A stretch of DNA of 64,000 bases, taken from assembly GCF_009914755.1 (NCBI RefSeq), contig NC_060926.1; one strand, given 5' to 3'. The stretch is from the human T2T-CHM13v2.0 reference genome, Homo sapiens. Below, one piece after another: positions 1 through 14,209 of this stretch; the stretch's first letter is position 1, and every line of letters starts with the position of its first letter. The notes beneath the pieces were generated by a model, which was not told where the DNA came from, did no database searches, and was given only the letters and a program-made list of their open reading frames with translations. The position numbers were made by a program, and so were the translations under genes.

Positions 1-275
1 GAAGTTAGCATTATTTTAAAATAATTGGCTGGAAGTGTGTGAGGGAAGGGGAAGAATAAATGCTTTTTCAAAATTCTATAAAAGGTACAATCTGGTAAGA
101 TTTTCCTAGCAGTGATGAATATGATCTACTTTGACAAACAGATTAAATAAACAATGTACCTTTGCTTCTCTGTTTCATTAAAATGCCACATAAACATTTA
201 AAAGCTTTCCTTGAAACACAAGAATCTTGGGTATAAAGTATTTAAGTATTAATACATTTAAAAAAATGAGGATTA

Positions 276-587
<312 letters not shown>

Positions 588-739
588 TGAAGTTCATTAA
601 CAAATATATTTGAAAAAATCCACATTTAAAAATAGGTAAGTTTTAATACAACAATCACATTTAATATAAGCTAAAATGATTAAAAACATGCTTGTAAGAA
701 TCATTAATTGGATACGTATTCATTTGTCAACTCCTAAGA

Positions 740-1030
740 AGGCAGTGTGGTACACTAAAATGATATGGAATGTGGCTTCATGCAGGTCTGAATTTGAAAT
801 ACTCCTAGATGTGTGACTTGAGAAAAATATCTTAATCTCTCTGAACTACAGTGTCTCCATCTGTAAATGGGATAAAAATTTCTACCTCACAGCATTGTGA
901 AGTAGCATTGGTATTGCATTTAATATTTAATTTTAATATGAAGTAGCATTGATAGTGCATTTAATATGGCACCTAATAGGCACTAAATGACTAATGTATT
1001 ATAGCAGATGTTTAATAGATGGTAGCTCTT
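740..1030 (+). mobile_element. MIR SINE relic with an internal ~41-bp-period duplication
   Basis: MIR core-like TGTGTGACTTGAGAAAAATATCTTAATCTCTCTGAACTACAGTGTCTCCATCTGTAAATGGGATAA. TGAAGTAGCATTG..TGCATTTAATAT occurs at 898-926 and 939-967. Confidence 0.8.
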
Positions 1031-3579
1031 ACAATTATTTCTGCTACTGCTGCCACTGTTGCTGCTAAGCACTGTGTGATAGTTTAGCATTATCATCTTT
1101 CTGTAATAGAAGAAAAGTTTGATTTCTTGTTGAAAATGCTGTTCTAATGAAAGGGGAGATAGCTGGTTGGTCACCTGAAATTATATCACAAAATATTTTT
1201 ATTTCATAATATGATTGGAAATCGATGGCACTGGGGTCAAGAGAAGAAATATATGCATGGTCTGTTTATATATACCCTGATTTGGGAGGAAAGTCATCTT
1301 CATCCCTACCTTTTACAAATATACAAATACTTTTGTGGAGCAGCTGCTGGATACAAGCTACTGTCTCATGTCTTGAGGATATAGCAGTGAATAAGACAGA
1401 AATGACTTCTGCTATTAAAGAGCTTACATTCTAGTCAGAAAGACAGACATAAAGAACTAAGGGAACTGATTTTGTTAAGTCCATTCAGGCATTAAAAATA
1501 AAGCCAAACCAAACACCTTTAAGCATGACATTTCTCAAAATGTACAAACATCTAGTACTTGTTTCTCCTTCCAAGTTATAGCAGCTTAATGGGACTTTAA
1601 TAAAAACTTCTTAACACAGTAGACCTGTCCCATTTCAAGGATCTTAAAAAATAAAATCCATTTCAAGATTAGAATTGTGAAGTTGCAATCAGGCCAGTTC
1701 AATGTAGCTGTAGTTAATTTTGTGTGACAGTGGTCCTTAAAGCCAGAGCTTGCATCCTGTGATGAGGGGGCAACTCCTACCTGGTCACTAACTTAATTGT
1801 GCCCCTGAGGCCTTCTTGAAACCTCATGAGTTTCCTGCCACTCTGCTTTTGTATTTTATTCTCCAAAGATGCCACGGATGATCTTCATGATGGTGATTAT
1901 CTTTCTGATGGAGGGAGATTAAACCTGAAGCCTTCTCACATGGCATCTGCCCAGCTCAGATAGCACAGAAACAGCAACCCAAGGTTTCCTACGATCCATG
2001 TCTTGCCTTGGTAGCATTTTTCAAATAATAATTTTCCAAGAATAAAAAAATTAACTTCATTGATGTTTATTTTGGAAGACAGTTACAGGATTTTAAAAAA
2101 TAAGATGTAAAAGTAAAAAAACCACATATGCTAACCCTCTTAACCATATGACTTTATGCAAAGCTCTTGACCTCTTTGGGTTTACTTTTTACTCATGCTG
2201 TAAAATAAGAGGACTACTAGATCTTTTTAATGCTCCTATTAAAACCTTAAAGAATTATATACTTTTATAATTCCATGGACCTTTTTTTCTAATATTTTCT
2301 GTTAAATGATTTCTACATTTTGTTAAATATAAAAGTTAATAGTTCATTTATAAATAGTTATTTTTCTTCACTTTTACTGAAAAATCATGAAAAACATGCA
2401 CAGCATATGCTGTTTATTTTTAAAAGTCATTTCAATATAAACATCTTATATCAAGATGGCTTTGTTCCTCTATGCCTATTTTAAATTCTTCTCCCACAAG
2501 TATTTGAAGCCCTGAATGAAATCATGTACTTTTTCCTTTTGGATTTTTATTTAAAATCAGAATTCTGTTTTTTAGTCAGCGGGGCTTGGAAAACGCCATT
2601 TATGCTAAATTGCTACACTAGAACCTCAGGACAAAAGATCATGGGTGGATTTAAAGTGTTCCAGGAATCACTTGAAATTGTAGGTAAACACTTTGTGGGT
2701 ATGCCTTGTATACTTACGTGGGCAGAGAGCTGTCATCAGATGATCAAAGCAGCCCATAATCCACCAAAAGTTAAGAACTACTTTCTGCATCAGACAGATC
2801 TGCAAAATAGTGTTACTTTGATATTCTTGGTAGCCCTTACAATATAGCATGGGATCAGGGAGAATGGGAATGACTAGTTTATATCCCTTCTGAAAAGACT
2901 GTGGGCACTGTCATGGAATGTGGATGCGCATGTTGAAATGCCATTTAAAATAATCTGGTCATTTATTGCCTATTTTTTGCTAGACTTTTGCTGGTATTTG
3001 TATGTCAAACTTCTCATTTCTTTTTCTTACTTTCTATTTCATATTTTATGGCAAATTTAGGTGGTGTGGTAATATTTGGTTATCTTTTCTATCTAGGAAA
3101 CTCACTTTGTAGCTGAGACAGATTTTTAAAACTAGGTTATAAATTAAATGAAGTTCTTTATTCTAGAGGCTAAGGCATTTAAGTTTTAAGTACTCCATTG
3201 ACATAAACTGGGTGTAATTATTACAAAATGGAATGGGCTGTCCCTTTACTTTGGAGCATTTAAGTTTTTATATATCTATATGTTGAAAAGAATTGATATC
3301 AAAAATTTACCTTGATTCAAAGTTTCTAAGAATTAGTTGTAACTTAAGTTGCTTCACAGAAAAATATTCAGGTATGTTTAGAAAATGCAGGGCTGCCATG
3401 CTCTGCACTCTCGTTTGTAGTTCTATGAAAATGGCACCCTACAGGGCGTGCTGTATGGTAATTCTGGGTAAATAACTATAAATATATCACCTCTTAGCCT
3501 ATTAAAGCCTCTGAGAAGCTCTACAGTAACAGTTTATTTGATTACACAAATTAAGATATATATAATATTGTAATGATTT

Positions 3580-3997
3580 TGATATGGTTTGTTTGGCCCT
3601 GTCAAGTCTCATGTTGAAATTTGATCCCCAGTATTGAAAGTGGTGCCTGGTGGGTGGTGTTTGGGTTGTTTGGGTGGATCCCTCATGAATGGCTTGGTAG
3701 CATTCTTGTGGAAGTGAGTGAGTTCTTACTCTTAGTTTTCTTGAGAGCTCTTTGCTGAAAAGAGCCTGGCACCTCTTCCCCTCTCTCTCAGTCCCTCCCT
3801 CACTATGTGACCTCTGCACATGTTGCTCCCCTTGCCTTCCACCACAAGTGAAAGCAGCCTGGATACCTCACTGGAAGCAGATGCTGGTGCCACGCTTCTT
3901 GTACAGCCTGCAGAACCAGCAGCCGAATAAACCTGTTTTCTTTACAAATCACCCAGCCTCAGGTATTCTTTTATAGCCACACAAATGGACTGAGACA
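3580..3997 (+). mobile_element. MST (MSTB-like) MaLR solo LTR
   Basis: TGATATGGTTTG start, TACAGCCTGCAGAACC..AATAAACC, end CCAGCCTCAGGTATTCTTTTATAGC..ATGGACTGAGACA. Confidence 0.92.
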
Positions 3998-4219
3998 AAT
4001 ATCTATTAATATTTGATGAGGCTAGTGCTCTGCAGAACACCAGAAAACTATTACACATATACTTAACAAGATATCTTATTCTTGAGATACAGAATATTTT
4101 TCAAGAACATACTGCTACAGAATGTTCCCTCGAAATATTCAGTTCATTATGGATTGGGAAGACACTCAGAGAGTTTTCCCAGAATTTCTGTAAATTTTTG
4201 GACAAGTAGTGGGAGGTAG

Positions 4220-4410
4220 CATTTATCAAGCACTTATTATGCACAAGTCTCTATCTTAGGGCTTTACATCAGTTATCTCATTTAATCTTCAAAATAAGTC
4301 ATGTGATAGGTTCTGTTACTATGTTTACTTTATATATGATAAAACTGGTACATAGAGAATTAAGTGGCAGCAAGATTTGGCACAGCTAGTGAATGACACA
4401 GTCAGAAATG
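4220..4410 (-). mobile_element. MIR relic
   Basis: Reverse MIR core ATCTCATTTAATCTTCAAAATAA..TGATAAAACTGG..AGAGAATTAAGTG. Confidence 0.7.
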
Positions 4411-5049
4411 AACGTGGACAGTTTCACAATGGCACGTGGGACTTTTCTGTCTATGATTCTTACCTTGGCAGTACAATGTTACTTTAGGAAGAGGTAATAG
4501 GTCACAGGGAGGGCAAGAGGTATATCCTGAAATCACGTGGTCCTTCCTTTCTTCAGCTACCATGCTCATGGGGTCTGTCAACTTCCAAAGGCTTAGATAA
4601 GAGGCCTTTTTTGCCCATTATTTTCACCCACCTCATTTTCTTGCTTTTATCTTTTTTCACTGTGCATTTTAAATGTTAATTTTAGACAGATACGTCTTTC
4701 CTCATAACCTGACTTCCTTTAGGCCCAAATGAATTCCTCCGAGGACTCATATCTGTCCTAATCTGGATGACTGGCTTAGATAATGAATCTGGGAAGTTGG
4801 GAGGTGACAAGGTACAAAATGAGAATAGAGCATTGCATTTGAACTCAGAAGACTTCTGAATATCTCCTAAGAGATAAACAAAATGCTTTGCCTCCTTAAA
4901 AACTTGGCCATTTTTGCTATTTATAGAGAGGAACTTGTACTGTACACTTGAAGCTGGATGCTCATCAGTTCCCCTCAGAAATGGTTTTAAATAAGTATAG
5001 AAAAAGTTGATTTTATTAATGCCAAAGTGAGAGACGACACGGATATTTT

Positions 5050-5745
5050 AAAAACTTTTATTGAGCTATAATATACATACAATAAGTCGCATTAATCTTA
5101 TGCGTGCATGTGAATGTTCACATATACATATGCCTATGTAGCCATCACTCTGATCAAGGTATACAACTTTTCCAATACCAGAGAAGACTCCTCCATGCTT
5201 CTTTCTAGTCAATGACCTTAAACTACAGATAACCATTATTCCAATGTCTATTACCATAGATTAGTTTTACCTCTTCTTGAGTTTCATATACACTGAAATA
5301 ATATATATGAACTCTAGTGTCTGACATTTTTTGCATATCATTATGTCTGTGATACTCATCCATGTTCTTGCATTGAGTGGTTTACTCTTTTTTCTATGTA
5401 GTATTTCATTATATGAACATACCACAATTTATGTATTTCTCTATTTTACTATCGAAGGACATTGGATTATTTCCATTTTTGGCTGTTATGATTGAAACCA
5501 ATATGAATATTCTCAAACATTTCTTTTTAGTAGACATGTGAAGACTTTCTTTTGGGTATATAACTAGGAATGAAATTGTTAGGATGTGAATACATTTACT
5601 TTAGTACCTATTACCCAATAGTTTTCCAAAGTGGTTTTATCAATTTACTTTCTCACCAGTAATCTGTGAGAATTCCAGTTGCTCCACATACTTTCTAACC
5701 TTTGGAATTGTCTGTCTTATGTTTTAGTCATTCTGGTATTTAGTG
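5050..5745 (-). mobile_element. Old L1 (L1MC/L1ME-type) 3' end
   Basis: TTTATTGAGCTATAATATACATACAATAA start, CCATAGATTAGTTTTACCT, TTTTCCAAAGTGGTT, GAGAATTCCAGTTGCTCCACAT. Confidence 0.85.
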
Positions 5746-6269
5746 ACATGGATATTTTATGTACAGGGGAAATTTAAAGACTCTTGTACTCTAGGTTGTT
5801 TTTCAGTTCATCAAATACTTATTTCAAGCTTATCATGTTTAATGTGTGCAAATGCACTTATTGCTGGCCCATAGTCTAAGGTAATAAATCATATTTTGCT
5901 TAAGGAGCACAAAATCTTTTTATTTAGTAAATATTTACTAACATTTGCTAAGTACTTAGTAGTGTACTTAGTGATGGGAAGGATACAAAAGGTAAAGTGA
6001 AAGACTAGTCCTTGCCCTCAATGATTGTACAGTCTGTTTAGGGAGGTAAAAACTGTACTTTAAATTAGCAATGCAAAATTACATGATGACATGTAAAATA
6101 GACTGTAAGTAGTGTAGGAAGAAGGAATTGAAATTAGTGTTCCTCAAGTTACCTTTAGAGATTTTTTCCCTCAGTTTCTCATATTGAATCAATCACTATA
6201 TGCTGTCATTTCTGCTTTCTAAATCTCTGGAATCTGCTTTTATTTTTTTTTTTACCTCAATTGTAGGTC

Positions 6270-6272
<3 letters not shown>

Positions 6273-6308
<36 letters not shown>
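6273..6308. repeat. (GT)18 microsatellite
   Basis: Perfect GT dinucleotide run, read directly. Confidence 0.98.
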
Positions 6309-6310
<2 letters not shown>

Positions 6311-7256
6311 TATATCAAAACTGCCTTTCAAGTGGCTTGTCTGCTTTTATTTTGAGTCCTCTTTTATTTATTATTTTATCAGAGTATTCTTCCTGAAAGC
6401 TAGGTCTTGTTACTTGTAGTCATTCTACTGCTTAAATTCTTCAACTTTTTCATATTGTTTTGGGGGCAAAATCAAACTCTTCAGCCTGTCACTTAGGACT
6501 TTATCATACTCTAGCCATGGCCTGTATTTCTAACCTTATACCTTGCCACCTCTCCCAAGTGTACATGCAATTTTTTATATACCTTGAATTACTTCAATTT
6601 TTCTGAATTCACTATGATACTTCATGCCTTTGTCTATGGTGTTTCCCTTTGTATTTCTTTTCCATAAAGACCTGGATGAAGGTTCGCTTCATCTAGAAAA
6701 CCATTTCGGATCCACCATCTATGTCTGGTTTAAATGCTCCTCTGTGCTCTCACAAGAGAGCTCTGTTCACAGAGTTTTGTAGTTGTTGATTCACTTATTC
6801 ATTTTCTCTACTGGACTGTGAACTTATTAAGGGCAAGGTTGCTGTCATTCATACTTAATAGTAAATAAATATTTAGATGAGCTGGAATTTAAGCCACCTG
6901 CCAGTATATGTATAGGATTTTAGTAGATCAACAGGATGGGATAAAGTATTTCCAAGAGGTAAACATATAGCAAAACCAAAGGTGGGAATTAACATTGTGT
7001 GTACAGGGAATAGGAGAGGGAAGTGGGTCACAGGGTTGGGGAAAGATGGCCTGTGTTGGAAGTACTGGACTGGAATGGCTAGTTTATGTCAAAGAATATG
7101 GGAGTAAAGGCTGAAAATGTGGGATGAGGTCAGATTACGGAGGACCTTGAGGATCTGATAGAGAGTTTTAAGCTTGATATCGATGGCACGAGGGAGTCAT
7201 TATAGGTTTGAATAAGGGAGTAATGTGATGAAAGCAAGTTTTAAGGAATATTATTT

Positions 7257-7373
7257 GATTTATTATTTATTGATTTATTCTCCCAGCTTTAAGGTGTAAT
7301 TTACAAATAAAAATTGTATATATTAATGGTATACAATGTATTATTTTTATATATGTATACATTATGAAATGAA
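7257..7373 (-). mobile_element. Tiny (117 bp) L1M 3'-end insertion within L2
   Basis: CAGCTTTAAGGTGTAATTTACAAATAAAAATTGTATATATT L1 3' terminus. Perfect 15-bp TSD TAAGGAATATTATTT at 7242-7256 and 7374-7388. Confidence 0.85.
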
Positions 7374-9126
7374 TAAGGAATATTATTTTAATAGCAGTCT
7401 GCAGAATGAATTTTAGAGGAAAGGACAGAGTTAGTGAGATCAGACAGGAGGCTTTCACAGTAACCCAGATGAGATGATGAGAACTCAGGCAAAGGTAATG
7501 ACAGTGCAGTTACAGAGGAAGAGATAGATATAAGTAACATCTTAAAAGACAAATTAATATAACTTAGCAATAAGTGAGATATAACTTCAATTTAACTTTC
7601 CTAAGTTCAGTAAGAAGCCAGGAGGTACTGGCTTACCCAATGTAACTCAAAGAATATCAAATGGTAACCTTCTCTCTTTTTCACTTTGCTTGAAGTTGAT
7701 GCCACTTACTTCAAATTCTCATTATCACTTACTATCCACCTGAATCCATTTATAACTAACAGAGAACATAGTGGACTCTCAATCTTCCTTTCCCTGCAGT
7801 TGGCTGCCAACATTCATGCTCATGACTCATAATTCCTCATTGCCACCATTTCGCATCAGCCATACACTGTTAAAAACTTAATCATCATGTGGCATTCATC
7901 CAGCTAGAATCAGAGACTCACAGAATTTTGAAACCAGACAGGAATATACAGTTGATATTCATTTTGGAGATGAGGATCTGAGGACAGAAATATTAAGTGA
8001 CTTAGCTAGTGGAACATGGCTAGTTAGTTCTAAGTCTTCTGAATTTTAATTCAGTATACTTTTCATTAATATACATTTTCTAATCCTAAATTTCTATGTT
8101 CCAAAACATGGATAACTTTTCTTAGGTCAAAAACTTAGTAACTTTGCCCTTGTATTACTATATTCACTGAACAAGTTCCTCCGCTTTATAGGATTCCTGC
8201 CCTAAGGAGTTACTGTACTCAATTAAACACCTTCTGACCACCTATAACTCCTTGTTTCATCTGCAGGACATTTACAGCTATTTAAATACTCTCTTTATTA
8301 ATATACTAAGCTTTCTTACATTTTAATCTTCTGATGTGATCACTGTGGCTCTTCCTTCCTCTTTTCAATTTCTGCGTTTGCCTTCCTGGAATGAAAACCT
8401 AATTGTGGGAAAATGGGATCATGGAATTATGTTGACATGATCCTCTACAGTTTCATGCTGTTTGTTTTTAGTATTGCCATACCTATCCTTCTCTCTGCCT
8501 TGAGCTGATATTTCTATTTTTGTCTACTTTTTTTAAAGTACAGTATACATTTAAAAATGTATTTTGACTTTTGCTTTTGACTTTTGAGAGAATGAAGACC
8601 TTCAGGGACAATCAGACTTGTCCTCTTTTTTCTTGACTTTAATATGTAACTCATCCTTACTTTGTCCATTTTCCAAATATGGCAGTCCCAAAATGTATTT
8701 TATAAAATACCAGTCCCACCAAATACTTTTTGGGAAAAGGATTCCATGTCGAGTATGTTTAGGAAATATTTATTTTATATCCCCCTCTCGAATTTTAACA
8801 AGCTGAGTCTCAGAGAAATCTAGTAGTAAAGACATGTTTATAATTTCATTTAATCCAGAGTTGTAAAAACTTGCTTGCCTGTGGAACTATTTTCTTCTAA
8901 CATTTATTAATATCCTTTGGTTCCAGTGTGTCATCAAATCAGTGAGTATACATTATGTTTTTAAAGATTTATGCTTATGAGAATCGTAAGTATTGCAGGT
9001 AAAGGGAAGTTAACTTTTTCAAGGTGGAACTTCAATGGTAAGGCAAATGAATTCAATTTTTAGGTGTTAAAATTGTGATGGTGACATATAAATAGAATTT
9101 TACAGGATTTGAGTTCAATGAGATGC

Positions 9127-9743
9127 TGTTTTGTTTATCTATTGCTGTATGACACACCACCCTAAAAGTAATGGCTTACAATCATTTTATTTGCTTATAA
9201 TTTTGCAATCTGGGCTTGGTTCATCTGTATGGCTTTTGGCTGTTACTGTGGGTTCCATGTGTGTGGCTGCAGTTATCTGGAATAGGGTGGGGGCTGGGGT
9301 CAGATGAAAAGCTGAACGGCTAGGTATTCTTTCTCTCTTTAGATGTAGCCTGAGAATCTCTCCCCCTCTGCCTGGTCTCTCCACATGGTGTCTCCTGTAG
9401 GGTGGACAGATCTTTTACATGGCAGTTCATGGCTCCCCATAGTACAAAAGTCATAGCTGCTGGGACTCCTAAAGGCATAGGCTCAGAGTTGCCCCTGCAT
9501 AATTTATAATGAATTTGTAATATATAAATATCATAAAATGTATATGCAATATATAATTCATATGAAATTTATATATAACATAAACATTTATAATATATAA
9601 ATAAGTTTACAACAAAATACTACATTTTTTGCTTAAAGCAAGTCATTAGCCTCATTGAGATTCAGGTGAGGGGACTGACTATGGAAGAGTGTGAATACAG
9701 GGTGCATGGTTGATTGGGGACCCCCATACAGCAGACTACCACA
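9127..9743 (-). mobile_element. MLT1 MaLR LTR interrupted by an AT-rich low-complexity tract (~9500-9620)
   Basis: TATCTATTGCTGTATGACACACCACCCTAAAA..TGGCTTA start and GACTACCACA end, typical of a reversed MLT1. Confidence 0.8.
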
Positions 9744-10447
9744 GATATCATGTGGCAAATAGAATAGAAAGTAGATCAGCTTGAGTAATAGTTTGAAAAT
9801 CTCCTATTTAGTTGTCTATTTCTCATATTAGAACATTGAGGTACAAGGACTGCGTTTAGTTTACTAGCCCTTAGCACAGTACCAGGTACCTAAGAGGAAT
9901 TCAATAAACTTTTGTTTAATAAATGAATATATAAAGGAGAAGAGCAGAAGGTTAAGTACTGAAACTTCCTTTAGAAATAAGTTGCAGAGAGGGTATTTAG
10001 GGAACAGTGAGAGAGCCAGCCAAAGGGACAGCTTCAAATGAAAGAGTAGTGGACGGTTGTATTAATTGTAGCAGAAAAGTCAAGGAGAATAGGGTAAAGA
10101 AAAGCTTATAGGCTTTTATTAGCATTCCTTGAAGTTGCAGATGGCATTGCTTATTCTGTTCTTTTGTTGGTTGGTTGAAATGTTTAGAGATTTCTTAGGT
10201 TTTAAAATCTCTAGCCAAATTTTATGCTTTTAGGTACTTTATAGTGTAATGGCTCCAGTAAATCTGTTTTATGGTAATTAGACTGAAAGAGGAGTAATAT
10301 TTGACTTATAAGTTATAAGCATTTTTGTTAAATGTTATCATTTTGTAACATCTTTAGCAATAGGTAGGGAAAACAAAAGTAAAACTGGTAAGATAAAGAA
10401 AGACAATATACTCTAAAGTTACAATTAGAAATGAAAACCACATTCCA

Positions 10448-10920
10448 TTTTTTTTGTTGTGGTAAAATGTACATTTGCTAAGATTTACCATTATAAACAT
10501 TTTTGAATGTTCCAATTCTGTAACTTTAAGTACATTCACACTGTTATGCAATTGTTACCACCATTCACCTCCAGAACTTTTCCATCATCCTATACTGAAA
10601 CTCCGTGTGTATTAAACAATAACTCCCATTCCCTTCTTCCCTCAGGCCCTGACAACCATCGTTCTTCTTTCTTTCTTCATGAATTTGATGACTCTAAGTA
10701 ATTCATATAAGTGGAATCATATAGTACTTGTCCTTTTTGTGTGTGGCTCACTTGACTTAGCGTGATATTTTCAAGGTTTATTCATGTTGTAGCATGTATC
10801 AGAATTTCATTTCTTTTTAAGGCTGAATAACATTCCATTGTATGAATAGATTACATTTTGTTTATTCATTCATCTGCTGACAGAAATTTGGGTTGTTTCT
10901 ATCTTTTGATTATTATGACC
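10448..10920 (-). mobile_element. L1MB-type 3' end
   Basis: TTGTGGTAAAATGTACAT, CTCCAGAACTTTTCCATCAT, CATATAAGTGGAATCATA, TTTTTAAGGCTGAATAA. Confidence 0.9.
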
Positions 10921-11799
10921 ATTTTTCTGCATTTTTTTCTCCTTGCAGTCTGTTTAAGTTTTTCATATTCCCTTTTCTAGTTCTGCTCATTTAGGAAAAT
11001 TTCTGGAAAAGTGCCCTGGAGAGATCAGTGAAAGACATATTCCCAGCTATAGGTACAAAACAAGGACATTCTTTTGCATATTGGGAGAAGAGCTTGAGCA
11101 AGGACTTGAGAGAAGAAGAAAATATTTGTCTGGGGATAGGGTATTATAAAAGGAAAGAGAAAGAATGTTGTCACTTATCTAGTTATGTTACCTTGGGCAA
11201 GGTACTTAACCTGATTTTGTCTCACTTTCCTCAACTGTAAAATATAGAAATAGTATCAATCTCACAAGTTTGTTGCAGGGATTCAATGAAAATGCTTGAC
11301 TCATGGTAGGTTAATAAATAAAATGAAGTTTCTCTCTGTGTGTGTTTTTGTTCTCACATCATGGAAAACATGGCTGGTGGATTTTCACAAATTTAAGTTG
11401 AATGCTTGGAATTACATAACTTAAAACACAGGTTATGTCTTACTCACTCAGGGGACTGAAGGTGGTATAGCCAGAAATAGGCAGTCATCTTCCTATGTTG
11501 CTGATTCTGAGGTTCAAAAAGAGGCTGGTTAGGGGGTCAGATGATGTGTGCATATTAAGATGCTGTAGGAAGATAAGCAACAGGTTTGCAATATGGACCC
11601 CATAGAGAGGCATAAAGCCAGACTGCCTAACAGTAGGCATTGATTTTCATGATTTGCAGTTGATCTGTTTACCGCCTGGGAACTCAATTTTGCTAGATTC
11701 AGGGTGATTATCAGCAGGAATTTATTTACTGAGTTATGGTTAATGATTCTTCTAAGCACTACTGGATAGGCCAGTTAAAAACTAATGATAGCTGCTACC

Positions 11800-12340
<541 letters not shown>

Positions 12341-13343
12341 GCTGCACAAAGATGAATTTTTCCTTTGTTTTTATTCCTGATAGCTGTATCATCCAAGGTT
12401 ATTTGACTTAACTCCAATTACATTTACACAAAATTTATTAACTAAAGGAAAAAATCCCTCTACTGGAGATTTTGTACTATAAAGGTTTGCAATATTAAGA
12501 AAGACACGGTCCCTGCCTTCAAGGAGGTCATAGTCTGGTGATGAAAATGGACCAGCAAGTACTATAATAAAGCACAAGATTCTGGGCCCAAAGGAGTTAG
12601 CCCCCAACAGGAAAGTGGAGCAAGGAAAATCAGAAGAGAGAAAATCAGGTAGAAGCTGAGTTGCTTAAAGTTCCAGGGGAGTTTATTGAAAATAGAACAA
12701 ATAAAAACCAAATGACAAATTTGGAAAAAGATTTGTAGCATATATGATACTCAAAGGGTTGATATTTTTAGTATATAAACCACTTTTATAAACAATCTTA
12801 AAATCAAATCCCTTAGGGATATGAAAGATGAAGTTTTAAAAGCACATTGTTATGTTCTTATGGGTAAAGAAAGAACAAGCAATTCTCAGTGGAATTACAA
12901 ATAGCTGCAATGGTAATAAAAATTATAAATTTCTACAAAATTAAGATATATTTTTCAAATATCAATTTATTAAATATTAAAAGATTGATTATAACTAGTA
13001 TTGATGAGGCAAGAATAAAGGGCAGGACATTATCATTCACTTACAGGTACAGATCTTAATTGTTTCATTCTTCTTCAAGGACAGTTTGACAATATGTATG
13101 TGGAGCATCAATTTCTTATGTCAGATAAATTTTACTTCCAGTAATTCATTCAAAGGAAACAAATAATCAGAAGTCTGGGCAAAATTATATATAGGAGTTA
13201 TATTACAACATTGTTTACAATAGAAAAATATTAGAAATCATAATGGTTAATTAATATGTATGCCTTTATAATAATAGATTGATGCCCTGACATTGGCATT
13301 AGGTTGTAGAACAATTTTTATTTTTTTAATTGTTTATTTATTT

Positions 13344-13756
<413 letters not shown>

Positions 13757-14209
13757 TTAAGAAGACTTTTTGAAAAGATATCAGAATATGTGCATGATGA
13801 ATTGCTAAGTGGAAAAAAGAGTTACAAATATATACATTATGATTCTGTGTATGTATTTAAATATTGGAGGGACATATATTAAAATATATGTAGTGGCATT
13901 CTGAATGTGCTAAAACTTCAGGTGAGTTTTTCTTCTCTGTGCTTTTTGTGTTTTCTATGCTTTCTGTAATAAACAAGTATTATTTTAGGAGTTAGAAAAA
14001 ATATATAATTTTAAAATAATGTCTTGGATTTATAAAATAGAACAATCACAGCGTAATTCAGCCAATGTTTTTCATTTTAATTGACATAATTAACGGAATT
14101 ATAGCAATTTAAAACTTTAATATAGCCTTTCCTGATTTCACTGTTTTTTCTCTCTATTCTATATACTGTGTCCAAAGAGAATGTTTTATGGACATTTGTT
14201 AAGCAATAT

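Larger units (their letters stand above)
6150..7580. mobile_element. L2 relics, two oppositely oriented fragments meeting near 6880
   Basis: L2-like CTACTGGACTGTGAACTTATTAAGGGCAAGG 3' motif, then opposite-strand GGTCAGATTACGGAGGACCTTG and TAACCCAGATGAGATGATGAG. Highly diverged. Confidence 0.6.
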
